A DNA stretch of 64,000 bases from the NCBI GenBank assembly GCA_043228905.1, contig JBHGNT010000015.1, forward strand, positions 10,602,001 through 10,666,000. Reading direction: 5' to 3'. The position numbers and the translations under genes were made by a program. The notes beneath the pieces are model-generated. The model was not told where the DNA came from and did no database searches. It saw nothing but the letters and a program-made list of their open reading frames with translations. Shown piece after piece: positions 51,460 to 63,719 of the stretch (within the stretch, counting starts at the first letter, position 1; each line of letters opens with the position of its first letter). The DNA is from Azolla caroliniana. Its lineage: Eukaryota > Plantae > Polypodiophyta.

Positions 51460-52071
51460 TGACAGGGATACACGCTCCCTAAGCACAACACTCGGCCACA
51501 ACCGAGTCTAGGATCAAACACAGAAAACGGGTAAGGTATGCACGACACAGTGAAGAGAAGAGTACACAGGATGTTAACGTGGAAAACCCAAACTAGGGAA
51601 AAACCACGGCAGCCCATAGACTGCAAACTATCACTATATCACAATGTACAATAGTAAAGCACCGAGGCAACGACCTCGAGCTTGCTATCTTCGCCACATG
51701 CGGCGGTTACAACAGAGGCAACGACCTCTTCCTCTCTCTCTCTCTCTCTCTGTACACAGTTACGCGCTCAAATCTTGCACCAACAAGAATGACAACAACT
51801 ACACACTAAGTTTGCCCTAAGTCATATTTATACTAATATGACTTTTCGACTATTTACAAATATAGCCCTGATGGACTCTTAGAAAACATATTTATGAATA
51901 TGTCCCTTCATCCGGTGAGCACTTCTCACCGGGCCTTCGCCATCCGGCTCTTGCCGGGTACTCGTCATCCAGTTCTCACCGGGTACTCCACATCTGGTTT
52001 CGGCCTCGGCTGAGTTTGCTCATCAACACTGTTCTTCTCACTTCCCATCCGGAGGGACCTGTTTCCTAACA
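51460..52071 (-). mobile_element. solo LTR, same family as 27031-27781
   Basis: TG...CA ends, TSD CATTG (51455-51459, 52072-52076). Confidence 0.92.
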
Positions 52072-54520
52072 CATTGCACCTTTGACATTTTGGCCAAACC
52101 AGAATGTTTCTATATGTTTTGTAGGTTAGAGGTTGCCACTTTAGCTCATTGTAATTTGTTATACATTATAGTTGGTGTTATAGATTGTGCTAGTTCAAGG
52201 TCAGATCTTAGGACCGAGGGTCAATAGTTTGTTTGATATGGTCGTCCGAAGTCTCAACTAGCTTTCCATTCAAGATCATTGATGGTCAAAATTGCATGGT
52301 CCCTTGACGCAATCATGCACCTACTCTCATGACAAAAAATTTGTCCCAAAGGACATTGTTGCTTTGAGACTTCTGCAAGCAATAACTATAGATGAACAAT
52401 GGTTTGTCTTGTGGCCATTTTTACTAGGCAGAAGAAAAACATGAGGCAATATGTTGGCTTCCACAAGTAGCAATTGTACATGAATAACAGTTTGTCCTAT
52501 GCCCATTTTTACTAGGAGGGAGAAGAAAAACATAAGACAATATGTCTAATGTCAAAGGGAAAGTAAGGTTTCTAATATTAGCTAGTTGCGGTATATTTTT
52601 AACAAACTTTTGTTGGTAAAGTTGGGGAGGTCTTGTTTGTCAAAGTTTTTAAGTTTACATGCACTTGCTTTTGTGACCTATGCTATTATATAGGGACCCT
52701 CTCCCACAAGTTTGAGTTTCTCCTTATGACACTTTGAGGAGAACACGAGGGTTATGTACCTTTCCTCTAGGTCTTTGTCCTTGATCTTGTTATTGAACTA
52801 GACTTTACTTCTTGGATGACTATCTGTAGATTAGATATGACGAACTCCATTGGCACAATGGTGTCTTGCTTGTAGACTAGCCAAAATGGTGTGTCATGTG
52901 CCTACTTGATAGGAAGTTCAAAAACAAAATAGTGCCACACGTATCTATTGGCTATAATATGATCTTGATAATGATGACTATTTTAATAAGGACACTAAAA
53001 AATATATTTTCAGAGCTATCTCTCCACTTAGCCATGACATCTATGGTGGTAAGGGGAGCTCTTCGATGCTTGCCTAAAAGGCGAACCATGACATCATTAA
53101 GGTAATGAGAACATCAATCACTTCCAAACCTCTAGATCACATTCACATTCTCGTATAGGAATTTGGTTCTTGCATTTTTCTCAGTTTTGGTCACTTTTGT
53201 TTTGTCCCAAGATCTTAGCTCATAGAAATAAGACTTTTGTTTTGATGGGATTAACATGCTCATTGAAAAGAAAATGACACGAGCACTTGGTGCTATCATG
53301 CATTTTGTCTCTTGGCACTGATCTTTGACCCAAGATACAAGATTCTTCGAGAACTCACAAATGGATAAGTGTTTGGCTGGTGGACATCATTTTGATAGGG
53401 CATAAAAATGACTTGAGACAATAAGATGTCATACCTTCGAAACCCTTGGCTTGATCGCTTCGTGAAGATTTTGACATTAGATAACAACATTTGAAGTAAC
53501 ATTGAGGACAAATACTAACTACTTGGTTTCGACAATATTACAAGCATAATATGTTAGTCGATAAACACATCATATGTCTTTGTCAAAAACATGGAGCTCT
53601 TTTTTGTAGCATGCTAGTTAATCCTTTGATGCTTACGACAATACGAGCAATAGTTTTGTCTATGCTTTTTAATCCAATAATTGTCCATATTAATGAAATA
53701 TGCAACAGTATGGTGGGATCTACCCTTCAATCTTGCTAAGTGCACAAATCAATTCCACACTTACAACATTTGCTGGTGCTAGGGTGTCGAGGATAACCTT
53801 AACCTTGTATGGTTGCGTTTCATGAAGTTTTGGCAAAGGAGCCATCTAGTTCAAACAGTTAAAGTACGTTCAACTGAGTTGTGCTTCTATATATTTTTCT
53901 TGATGTAATACCATTAGGTTCAAATATTTGTCAATTGCACTGAACACCATTAAATTGCCAAGAAATGTTGCAATTTTTTTAGAAACAAGTCCAAGTCATT
54001 GTCCTACTATTGGCCATTCTTTGCGGGGCAAACAAATCCCGTTCCTTAATCATGTATGGGAATTGCATGAGTGGCACATCTGGTTGCTGTCTAGGGAGTG
54101 CAAAGGTGTATGGTTGTACGTGCATAATGCATTGGTGTTCCCTTCCCATGCTGTTGTACAACTCTTGTAACCCTCACCATCAATGCCTAGTTGGTACGTT
54201 ACAACCTTGGTCTCCAATAACTGTATGTAGCATACTTATGTATAAAAAGGAAAATTGAGGTGAGCTGGGTGTGTATGAGGTGTGATATTTGTATATACAT
54301 ATAGATAGGAACCAAGATCCAAGAAGTGAAGTGGCTAAGTACCGAGCGAGGCTACAGGGACACGCACTCACCCACCCACAAATAATAGTGGGCTGGTATT
54401 TTATAGATTGATTGTGTACAAAAGAAACACAGCATTATGAAAGATTAGATTCGAATTATCCCACCTAGAGAGGCCACATAGAGAGTTGGGTATAAAAAGA
54501 AGGAGCTTAGATGTAGAAAA

Positions 54521-54672
54521 GGCGGGGTCGATCGGTGATCAGGAAAGCTGATGGTTTAGGGCCGGCGCCTCCATTGCACTGCCGGAAGGGGCTGTTTGCC
54601 ATAGCATCTCCCCAATGTGGGAGAGTGCGCGTCATAATTTGTGGCAGCGGGGTCTCGCGTTCACGTGCCCCC
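54521..54672 (+). pseudogene. U1: U1 snRNA variant or pseudogene lacking the 5' ATACTTACCTG
   Basis: U1 body from about nt 12 onward with loop II and Sm site; USE-like ATCCCACCT at 54458 and TATAAAA at 54491. Confidence 0.88.
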
Positions 54673-55046
54673 CTTATCAATTTAATTCAATGTAGTGCAG
54701 TTGCCCGATTAAATGAGTTCTCCACTCCTACTGTGATTTCTGGAAAGCAAACGAATTTCCACTTGGTGGTAGTGCATGATTTTCATCATAATCCGCCTCC
54801 TATCCTGTTGCAAACGAATCTCTGCAATTAAAACCTCAGTGTGGGATTTCAAGTCTAGTTCTCACTTTTGCCATGTGAGCCTTTCGCTTCGTGACGATTC
54901 TGTCGAGAAGGACCGAAGCAAGGTCTCGAGGCAATTATTTCAAAGACTTCGAGCGAGTGTCAAGCTGCTTGCTATTTCGCCATGACATTTCTTAGAAGCT
55001 CCCGACGGCATTCAACATGGCCTGTATTTGTTTGATTCCTTGAACC

Positions 55047-55182
55047 TCTATTGGAAGGGGTTAGGACGTGTAGATTAATCGATTAGTCTATTGGAAGGGG
55101 TTAGTCTATTTGAAGGGGTTAGGACGTGTAGATTAATCGATTAGTCTATTGGAAGGGGTTAGGACGTGTAGATTAATCGATT
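55047..55182. repeat. ~40-bp minisatellite, about 3.5 copies
   Basis: CTATTGGAAGGGGTTAGGACGTGTAGATTAATCGATTAGT units. Confidence 0.85.
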
Positions 55183-55709
55183 TCTCTCTTCCCAATCGCT
55201 CAGAAAGTCAGTCAAAGCTTACAAACAGGAAATGGTGTTGAATAGGAAAGGCATGATCCGAGGTGGTCAGATCTAACCTCACTGTCGGCCTCTGCCCTCT
55301 CAACATCCATTTTTTCCATGTGCACCTCCATGTATATGCATTAAGGACGTTTGTATATGCATGGCGTCTTCTCCTTAATTCGTCCGGAATTTAATTGCAA
55401 ACGTGCTTCAAATCTGTCTTAAGGCATCTAACAATGTCTAAGAAAGACGGAGCCTCCCTCTATGGTATGTAAAACGAATGATTAAAATAATAGCGAAACT
55501 GCGTTTTGTTGCTCCTGTGAGGAACGGGCCAATTCGGTCAGATGTATAAATCTGTTGGCCGAAGCATATATATCCTGGTTCCATGTGCACATACATTGAA
55601 CGGTTTATGGTTTTTATTCCATAAACTATCAGTCGGATTTTCCGTTTAATTTGAAGAGCCCATTTTAAACTACAGTATATTATTCTTCTCAAATTTGAAT
55701 TTGTAATGG

Positions 55710-55932
55710 AGGGCTGCAAGACTGAGGCGACGCACAAGCATTACCTCAAGAGGCAGTGCAAGATTGAGGCGACGCACACAACTCCCAGAGGTAGCAAGCT
55801 GTCTCGGGCAGAATCTGCCCCCATTAAAAGAAATTAGATTAATAACATGTAGCCTGATAGGCACATATCAGATATTTAACTGATAAGAACAGATACTACT
55901 CTTGATCTTAGACAAAAGGCTCAGAAAGCTAT
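55710..55932 (-). pseudogene. U2: divergent U2 variant or pseudogene with partly duplicated stem-loop IV
   Basis: ATAGCTTTCTGAGCCTTTTGTCTAAGATCAAGAGTAGTATC...; USE at 55997 (-65), TATA at 55964; repeat with 42-bp period at 55715/55757. Confidence 0.88.
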
Positions 55933-56481
55933 AGTTTGCCCATTGCCCCTCTCTGCTTCTTATAGGCTACTGTTAAGAAGGCTTTAATATGTGGGATATA
56001 TATATATATATATATATATCTATGTCTGGCTACCATATTCGCATTATCTGGCACCAAGCAACAATAATAATACCACACAAGCTTTTCACACTACAAACCA
56101 AGCTCATTTCGCCCTTCTCCCATAAATGCCCCATTAAACTATAGAGGCCTAATTTAAATCCATTTTGTGATCCTTCATAGAATTATATTCGCTAGCTCTT
56201 CACCACCAACACCTAGACAATGAAGTAAGTGTGTGTAGCTTTGATACATTGGTTTCTAGTGCAGAAATATGGGAGGTTGGTTGATATTCGTCAAGATTGA
56301 CAACCTCGTAATATAGGACTGTGCCACCGTCAAGCAACCGTTTGGCTCTCTTCACGCTACACCTAGACTCGACCACCAAAACCTTTCTTGAAGTGGGAGA
56401 GTTATTTTTACCTATAACTTCTTATGTAATAAGTTTCACTCTTTTCGTCCCTTCCATGGGTAAGATTTTGGTGGAGAAAAG

Positions 56482-56534
56482 ATGGTAATAAATATTCAAC
56501 CCGATGAAATTAGCAATATCATCCGAAAGCAATT
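56482..56534 (+). other. atpA: plastid atpA 5' fragment (NUPT)
   Basis: Translates MVINIQPDEISNIIRKQ, matching the plastid ATP synthase CF1 alpha N-terminus. Confidence 0.7.
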
Positions 56535-56912
56535 TCGTGGATACACGCGACGAGCTGCACACGCGTCGATGTAAAATCTAGTTCACTTCTGTGCCTTGGG
56601 CGCCAGGACCACGAGAGACCACATACGTACGCCTAACGACCATAGGCGGACGCCCGCCGCATCCTCCATTTATCTTCTCTCCCATTCCAATAGTGTTCTT
56701 CTTTAGCCCGGGCATCGGTGTGGTCGGTTTCTCTACGACGTTCACCATGCGTTGAAAGCCTTCCGTTCTAGTACGTAAAGAAATATTTGGGAAAAGATAG
56801 ATATGCATAAATCTAGAACGTTCATCCACGTGACATCGTCCTTCATATTATCATTAGAAGCGGGAGGCGCCTATGTAACATCTTCCTTCAGTTTTATTAT
56901 CATTGTAGAATG

Positions 56913-57117
56913 AGGGCGCGCCTATGTGACCTCAACGTCAGTGCAAGGCTGAGGCGACGCACGCAACTCCCAAAAGCAGCAAGCTGCCTCGAGCGGGAGC
57001 TGGCCCCATGAAAGAAATTAGGTTAATATCGTGCGGCCTGATAGGCCGCGTATCAGATATTAAACTGATAAGAACAGATACTACACTTGATCTTAGCCAA
57101 AAGGCCGAGAAAGGTAT
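56913..57117 (-). ncRNA. U2: U2 snRNA (array unit 1)
   Basis: Canonical 5' half; USE at 57183 (-66), TATA at 57150 (-33). Confidence 0.96.
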
Positions 57118-59171
57118 GAGTTCTCTTGAAGCCCCGATTTGCTTCTTATAGGCTGCACCCTAACATGCCTCCCCATGTGGGATATACGTATAATCATCTC
57201 AACATTTAAGCAAACTTTGGTCCTCTCATTGCATCGAAACCACCTTAGCCAATCCTAGGGACCACATTTGACACTTGTTGTTTTGGTTGTAGCCACCTTA
57301 TTATCCATCCCTATACCAAGTCGGGATATACATACTCTCCCATCGCCAGGTGCACCTTATAGGTGCGATTCGTTATTGGTGGTTATAAGCCCCCATATCT
57401 GAACCAAACGAACGTTCACGAAATCGTGTGAGCTTCCCGAATCGAACGAGAGTTGTAATGGAGATCCACCCGTTTGCACGTAGTAAATCATTAGGCCCCA
57501 CTGCATGTCGAGGGAAAGAGCATTTACAATTACTTGAACGACCGACGCGCATAAACCTCAAGGAAATATGTTCCGCATCGTTGCAGCTAGGTAGCTACGT
57601 TCTCGCGTTACCCAACCTCAAGTCTCGTCATGACAACGGCACACACTAACGAGCAACCTAATGGCCACGCCGACACGCGCCCTCTTCTCCGCATTGAAGC
57701 TAGTGTGGCCCGTCACATGGTTATTTCATGACCAATGCGTTTCACAATGATGGTCTCGTGACGCCCCCCTAATCAAGTAACGAACGGGGGAGACTCGATG
57801 CGGGATTCGTAAGGGCGGCCCAATGAGAAGTTGGTCTAACCCTAATTCCCCTTAAATGGATGGGGAATGGGCGCGCGCCCATTTCTAAGGCAACATACAC
57901 ACCGTGGCCATGCTTTGCGAAATTTTTACATATGGCACAATCGGGGCGACCGAGGGTAGTAGCACTAATTTCGTTAAATAAGGATGGTCACCGCACCTTC
58001 CCCACAGAAATGCGAGGACGGGCACCGCGACCCTAAACCCCGAAACACACACCATCATACATAGGATACCGATATCGTATAACGAATTCCGAACACGCAC
58101 ACTACATGTATGGGACATGTATAACATCGCATAGGCATACACGCGATCCCATCCACATGCGTACATAAACGGACCTTAAACAAAGACGCAATCCAATGAC
58201 GATGTAATCGAGACGCGTGATCAACGCCTTTGGCCTCTACGGACACTCGACGATCGGGGGAGTATATGAAACAGGAGGTTTGAGGCATTGACCCGATACA
58301 CGTATGACACAACATCTCCTATCGAACATGTACTATATATGGATTTCGAATAACGGAGTGGATAGTGTAATACGTAATGTAGGCGTAAACCTCACAAGCA
58401 ATACATTTAACACGCATACGGTTTCTACGCATAAAGTATGACCAAGACAACATGATCTAACGATCTATACGTCAAAATAGTGACTTCAACATGTACAAGC
58501 AAGGGAGAAGACGATAAAGCACATGAAGAACATCCCTGATGTATCTCAAGGTTTGTGTTGTTGCTATTTCCGTGCTTCGTCTTATATTTCCTCCGGCCTT
58601 GCAACGCACGACCTGAAGTTCTTGCTCCCGACGTTCCAAACTTTTAGAAAGCGTTGTATCTCCTCCTCATATTTGCGCAAATTGTGCGCTTGGGAGACGG
58701 GAAGTGATGCTCAAAATTTACCGATGTGAGACATGCGCCTCAGTGGTCACGTTCTTCAACTGTCGACGGGGATTGCACAAGCGACGCACGCGTGGATTCA
58801 CGTCTCGGCCAGTGCTCAAGGATTGTGCGAGCGTGTTGGTTGTACATGGACATCGCATCGGTGTTTCCCTCCTTTGTTATTCTACAGCTTCGGCAACCCA
58901 TCGCCATTAACGCACGGTTCTACGTCACGACGCGCATGGTTTCTCCCCAGCCGTTGTACTTAAATTAATTACAAGAAGGAGACGGTAGGTGAGGTTGGAG
59001 CGTGTGTTGTGTGATCTATAGATATGAACGGAAACGGGAAGGGGCTAAAACATGGACGAGGTTAAAGTGAACCACTAATAGCGAGTGGGTAGATTGACGT
59101 GAGAGGATGGTGGCGCGATGACGGTTGTGCGTGCGTGCGTGTCATGGTGAATACAGGCGCGGGATAAGAAC

Positions 59172-59212
59172 GTCCCACATACAGAGGATGCAGAGCAAGG
59201 GGGCTATAAAAC
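59172..59212 (+). promoter_or_regulatory. USE (GTCCCACAT) plus TATAAAA for array U1
   Basis: USE at -65, TATA at -32; repeated at +3301. Confidence 0.88.
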
Positions 59213-59236
59213 GGGAGCGTTGCGCTAAGCCAAAGC

Positions 59237-59398
59237 ATACTTACCTGGGCGGGGTCAATCGGTGATCAAGAAGGCCGATGGCTTAGGGCCGGTGCCTCCA
59301 TTGCACCACCGGAGGGACTGCTTGCCCTAGCATCTCCCCAAGCGGGAGAGTGCACGTCATAATTTGTGACAGCAGGGGCTCGCGTTCGCGCGGCCCCC
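59237..59398 (+). ncRNA. U1: U1 snRNA (array unit 1)
   Basis: ATACTTACCTGG..., ATTGCAC, AATTTGTG, TTCG stem-loop IV. Confidence 0.96.
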
Positions 59399-60213
59399 AT
59401 CTCAATCCAGTGATATCAAGTCGGCCACGTTTGGCGGAAGCATTGGTCGCTCATGGCGGATTCGTCTCAAATGATGCGCTTATGCTTGATCGTCAAGTTG
59501 GCCATGTTTGGCGGAAGCGTCGGTTGCGCTAAGAGTCCCTCGGCATTTTGCTTGGCGGAGGCATCTTATTTTTTGGTGGCTTCCCTCGGCCATGCATGTT
59601 ATGCATAATGATTTGGAGGAAGCACCTGTTGCTTTCACATTTTAAATACATTTTCACCTGCTCGGTAGATCAAAATATGGTTTCAGACACCCAACACAAC
59701 ACAGATTTCCACTACCCTGAGAAATGAGAGGAGCATAAAGAGCCATCAAGCGGAGATATACACGTATAGGATATACACATGTCATAGGTCGGAGGTGGCA
59801 CATGGCGTATCCATGGTAAGAGTGAAGAGAATTGTGAGTGGATACACGCGACGAGCTGCACACGCGTCGATGTAAAATCTAGTTCACTTCTGTGCCTTGG
59901 GCGCCAGGACCACGAGAGACCACATACGTACGCCTAACGGCCATAGGCGGACGCCCGCCGCATCCTCCATTTATCTTCTCTCCCATTCCAATAGTGTTCT
60001 TCTTTAGCCCGGGCATCGGTGTGGTCGGTTTCTCTACGACGCTCACCATGCGTTGAAAGCCTTCCGTTCTAGTACGTAAAGAAATATTTGGGAAAAGATA
60101 GATATGCATAAATCTAGAACGTTCATCCACGTGACATCGTCCTTCATATTATCATTAGAAGCGGGAGGCGCCTATGTAACATCTTCCTTCAGTTTTATTA
60201 TCATTGTAGAATG

Positions 60214-60418
60214 AGGGCGCGCCTATGTGACCTCAACGTCAGTGCAAGGCTGAGGCGACGCACGCAACTCCCAAAAGCAGCAAGCTGCCTCGAGCGGGAG
60301 CTGGCCCCATGAAAGAAATTAGGTTAATATCGTGCGGCCTGATAGGCCGCGTATCAGATATTAAACTGATAAGAACAGATACTACACTTGATCTTAGCCA
60401 AAAGGCCGAGAAAGGTAT
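60214..60418 (-). ncRNA. U2: U2 snRNA (array unit 2)
   Basis: Identical to unit 1 copy. Confidence 0.96.
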
Positions 60419-62537
60419 GAGTTCTCTTGAAGCCCCGATTTGCTTCTTATAGGCTGCACCCTAACATGCCTCCCCATGTGGGATATACGTATAATCATCT
60501 CAACATTTAAGCAAACTTTGGTCCTCTCATTGCATCGAAACCACCTTAGCCAATCCTAGGGACCACATTTGACACTTGTTGTTTTGGTTGTAGCCACCTT
60601 ATTATCCATCCCTATACCAAGTCGGGATATACATACTCTCCCATCGCCAGGTGCACCTTATAGGTGCGATTCGTTATTGGTGGTTATAAGCCCCCATATC
60701 TGAACCAAACGAACGTTCACGAAATCGTGTGAGCTTCCCGAATCGAACGAGAGTTGTAATGGAGATCCACCCGTTTGCACGTAGTAAATCATTAGGCCCC
60801 ACTGCATGTCGAGGGAAAGAGCATTTACAATTACTTGAACGACCGACGCGCATAAACCTCAAGGAAATATGTTCCGCATCGTTGCAGCTAGGTAGCTACG
60901 TTCTCGCGTTACCCAACCTCAAGTCTCGTCATGACAACGGCACACACTAACGAGCAACCTAATGGCCACGCCGACACGCGCCCTCTTCTCCGCATTGAAG
61001 CTAGTGTGGCCCGTCACATGGTTATTTCATGACCAATGCGTTTCACAATGATGGTCTCGTGACGCCCCCCTAATCAAGTAACGAACGGGGGAGACTCGAT
61101 GCGGGATTCGTAAGGGCGGCCCAATGAGAAGTTGGTCTAACCCTAATTCCCCTTAAATGGATGGGGAATGGGCGCGCGCCCATTTCTAAGGCAACATACA
61201 CACCGTGGCCATGCTTTGCGAAATTTTTACATATGGCACAATCGGGGCGACCGAGGGTAGTAGCACTAATTTCGTTAAATAAGGATGGTCACCGCACCTT
61301 CCCCACAGAAATGCGAGGACGGGCACCGCGACCCTAAACCCCGAAACACACACCATCATACATAGGATACCGATATCGTATAACGAATTCCGAACACGCA
61401 CACTACATGTATGGGACATGTATAACATCGCATAGGCATACACGCGATCCCATCCACATGCGTACATAAACGGACCTTAAACAAAGACGCAATCCAATGA
61501 CGATGTAATCGAGACGCGTGATCAACGCCTTTGGCCTCTACGGACACTCGACGATCGGGGGAGTATATGAAACAGGAGGTTTGAGGCATTGACCCGATAC
61601 ACGTATGACACAACATCTCCTATCGAACATGTACTATATATGGATTTCGAATAACGGAGTGGATAGTGTAATACGTAATGTAGGCGTAAACCTCACAAGC
61701 AATACATTTAACACGCATACGGTTTCTACGCATAAAGTATGACCAAGACAACATGATCTAACGATCTATACGTCAAAATAGTGACTTCAACATGTACAAG
61801 CAAGGGAGAAGACGATAAAGCACATGAAGAACATCCCTGATGTATCTCAAGGTTTGTGTTGTTGCTATTTCCGTGCTTCGTCTTATATTTCCTCCGGCCT
61901 TGCAACGCACGACCTGAAGTTCTTGCTCCCGACGTTCCAAACTTTTAGAAAGCGTTGTATCTCCTCCTCATATTTGCGCAAATTGTGCGCTTGGGAGACG
62001 GGAAGTGATGCTCAAAATTTACCGATGTGAGACATGCGCCTCAGTGGTCACGTTCTTCAACTGTCGACGGGGATTGCACAAGCGACGCACGCGTGGATTC
62101 ACGTCTCGGCCAGTGCTCAAGGATTGTGCGAGCGTGTTGGTTGTACATGGACATCGCATCGGTGTTTCCCTCCTTTGTTATTCTACAGCTTCGGCAACCC
62201 ATCGCCATTAACGCACGGTTCTACGTCACGACGCGCATGGTTTCTCCCCAGCCGTTGTACTTAAATTAATTACAAGAAGGAGACGGTAGGTGAGGTTGGA
62301 GCGTGTGTTGTGTGATCTATAGATATGAACGGAAACGGGAAGGGGCTAAAACATGGACGAGGTTAAAGTGAACCACTAATAGCGAGTGGGTAGATTGACG
62401 TGAGAGGATGGTGGCGCGATGACGGTTGTGCGTGCGTGCGTGTCATGGTGAATACAGGCGCGGGATAAGAACGTCCCACATACAGAGGATGCAGAGCAAG
62501 GGGGCTATAAAACGGGAGCGTTGCGCTAAGCCAAAGC

Positions 62538-62699
62538 ATACTTACCTGGGCGGGGTCAATCGGTGATCAAGAAGGCCGATGGCTTAGGGCCGGTGCCTCC
62601 ATTGCACCACCGGAGGGACTGCTTGCCCTAGCATCTCCCCAAGCGGGAGAGTGCACGTCATAATTTGTGACAGCAGGGGCTCGCGTTCGCGCGGCCCCC
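62538..62699 (+). ncRNA. U1: U1 snRNA (array unit 2)
   Basis: Identical to unit 1 copy. Confidence 0.96.
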
Positions 62700-63514
62700 A
62701 TCTCAATCCAGTGATATCAAGTCGGCCACGTTTGGCGGAAGCATTGGTCGCTCATGGCGGATTCGTCTCAAATGATGCGCTTATGCTTGATCGTCAAGTT
62801 GGCCATGTTTGGCGGAAGCGTCGGTTGCGCTAAGAGTCCCTCGGCATTTTGCTTGGCGGAGGCATCTTATTTTTTGGTGGCTTCCCTCGGCCATGCATGT
62901 TATGCATAATGATTTGGAGGAAGCACCTGTTGCTTTCACATTTTAAATACATTTTCACCTGCTCGGTAGATCAAAATATGGTTTCAGACACCCAACACAA
63001 CACAGATTTCCACTACCCTGAGAAATGAGAGGAGCATAAAGAGCCATCAAGCGGAGATATACACGTATAGGATATACACATGTCATAGGTCGGAGGTGGC
63101 ACATGGCGTATCCATGGTAAGAGTGAAGAGAATTGTGAGTGGATACACGCGACGAGCTGCACACGCGTCGATGTAAAATCTAGTTCACTTCTGTGCCTTG
63201 GGCGCCAGGACCACGAGAGACCACATACGTACGCCTAACGGCCATAGGCGGACGCCCGCCGCATCCTCCATTTATCTTCTCTCCCATTCCAATAGTGTTC
63301 TTCTTTAGCCCGGGCATCGGTGTGGTCGGTTTCTCTACGACGCTCACCATGCGTTGAAAGCCTTCCGTTCTAGTACCTAAAGAAATATTTGGGAAAAGAT
63401 AGATATGCATAAATCTAGAACGTTCATCCACGTGACATCGTCCTTCATATTATCATTAGAAGCGGGAGGCGCCTATGTAACATCTTCCTTCAGTTTTATT
63501 ATCATTGTAGAATG

Positions 63515-63719
63515 AGGGCGCGCCTATGTGACCTCAACGTCAGTGCAAGGCTGAGGCGACGCACGCAACTCCCAAAAGCAGCAAGCTGCCTCGAGCGGGA
63601 GCTGGCCCCATGAAAGAAATTAGGTTAATATCGTGCGGCCTGATAGGCCGCGTATCAGATATTAAACTGATAAGAACAGATACTACACTTGATCTTAGCC
63701 AAAAGGCCGAGAAAGGTAT
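63515..63719 (-). ncRNA. U2: U2 snRNA (array unit 3)
   Basis: Identical to unit 1 copy. Confidence 0.96.

Larger units (their letters stand above)
53160..56220 (-). repeat. diverged inverted duplicate of ~40650-43800 (U2/U1 pair and flanks)
   Basis: Collinear reverse-complement matches, e.g. 42300-42470 vs 54080-54250, 43580-43800 vs 53160-53330, 40660-40720 vs 56160-56215. Confidence 0.8.

Noticed and set aside
51455-52076. Same TSD (CATTG) as the 28230 insertion, suggesting target specificity
   Set aside because: Different families, and their other copies have different TSDs (CTGTC, TATGA); likely chance.
58025-58047. CCCTAAACCC in the array spacer as a possible telomerase RNA template
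   Set aside because: Single short motif with no correctly spaced USE plus TATA upstream.
57200-59150. Possible extra snRNA (U5, U6, U3) or 5S gene in the array spacer
   Set aside because: No U5 loop GCCTTTTAC, U6 ACAGAGAAGATTAGC or 5S signature seen by eye; an Infernal scan would settle it.
56578-63431. Short ORFs repeated in the array
   Set aside because: Recurrence is due to unit identity; no coding signature.
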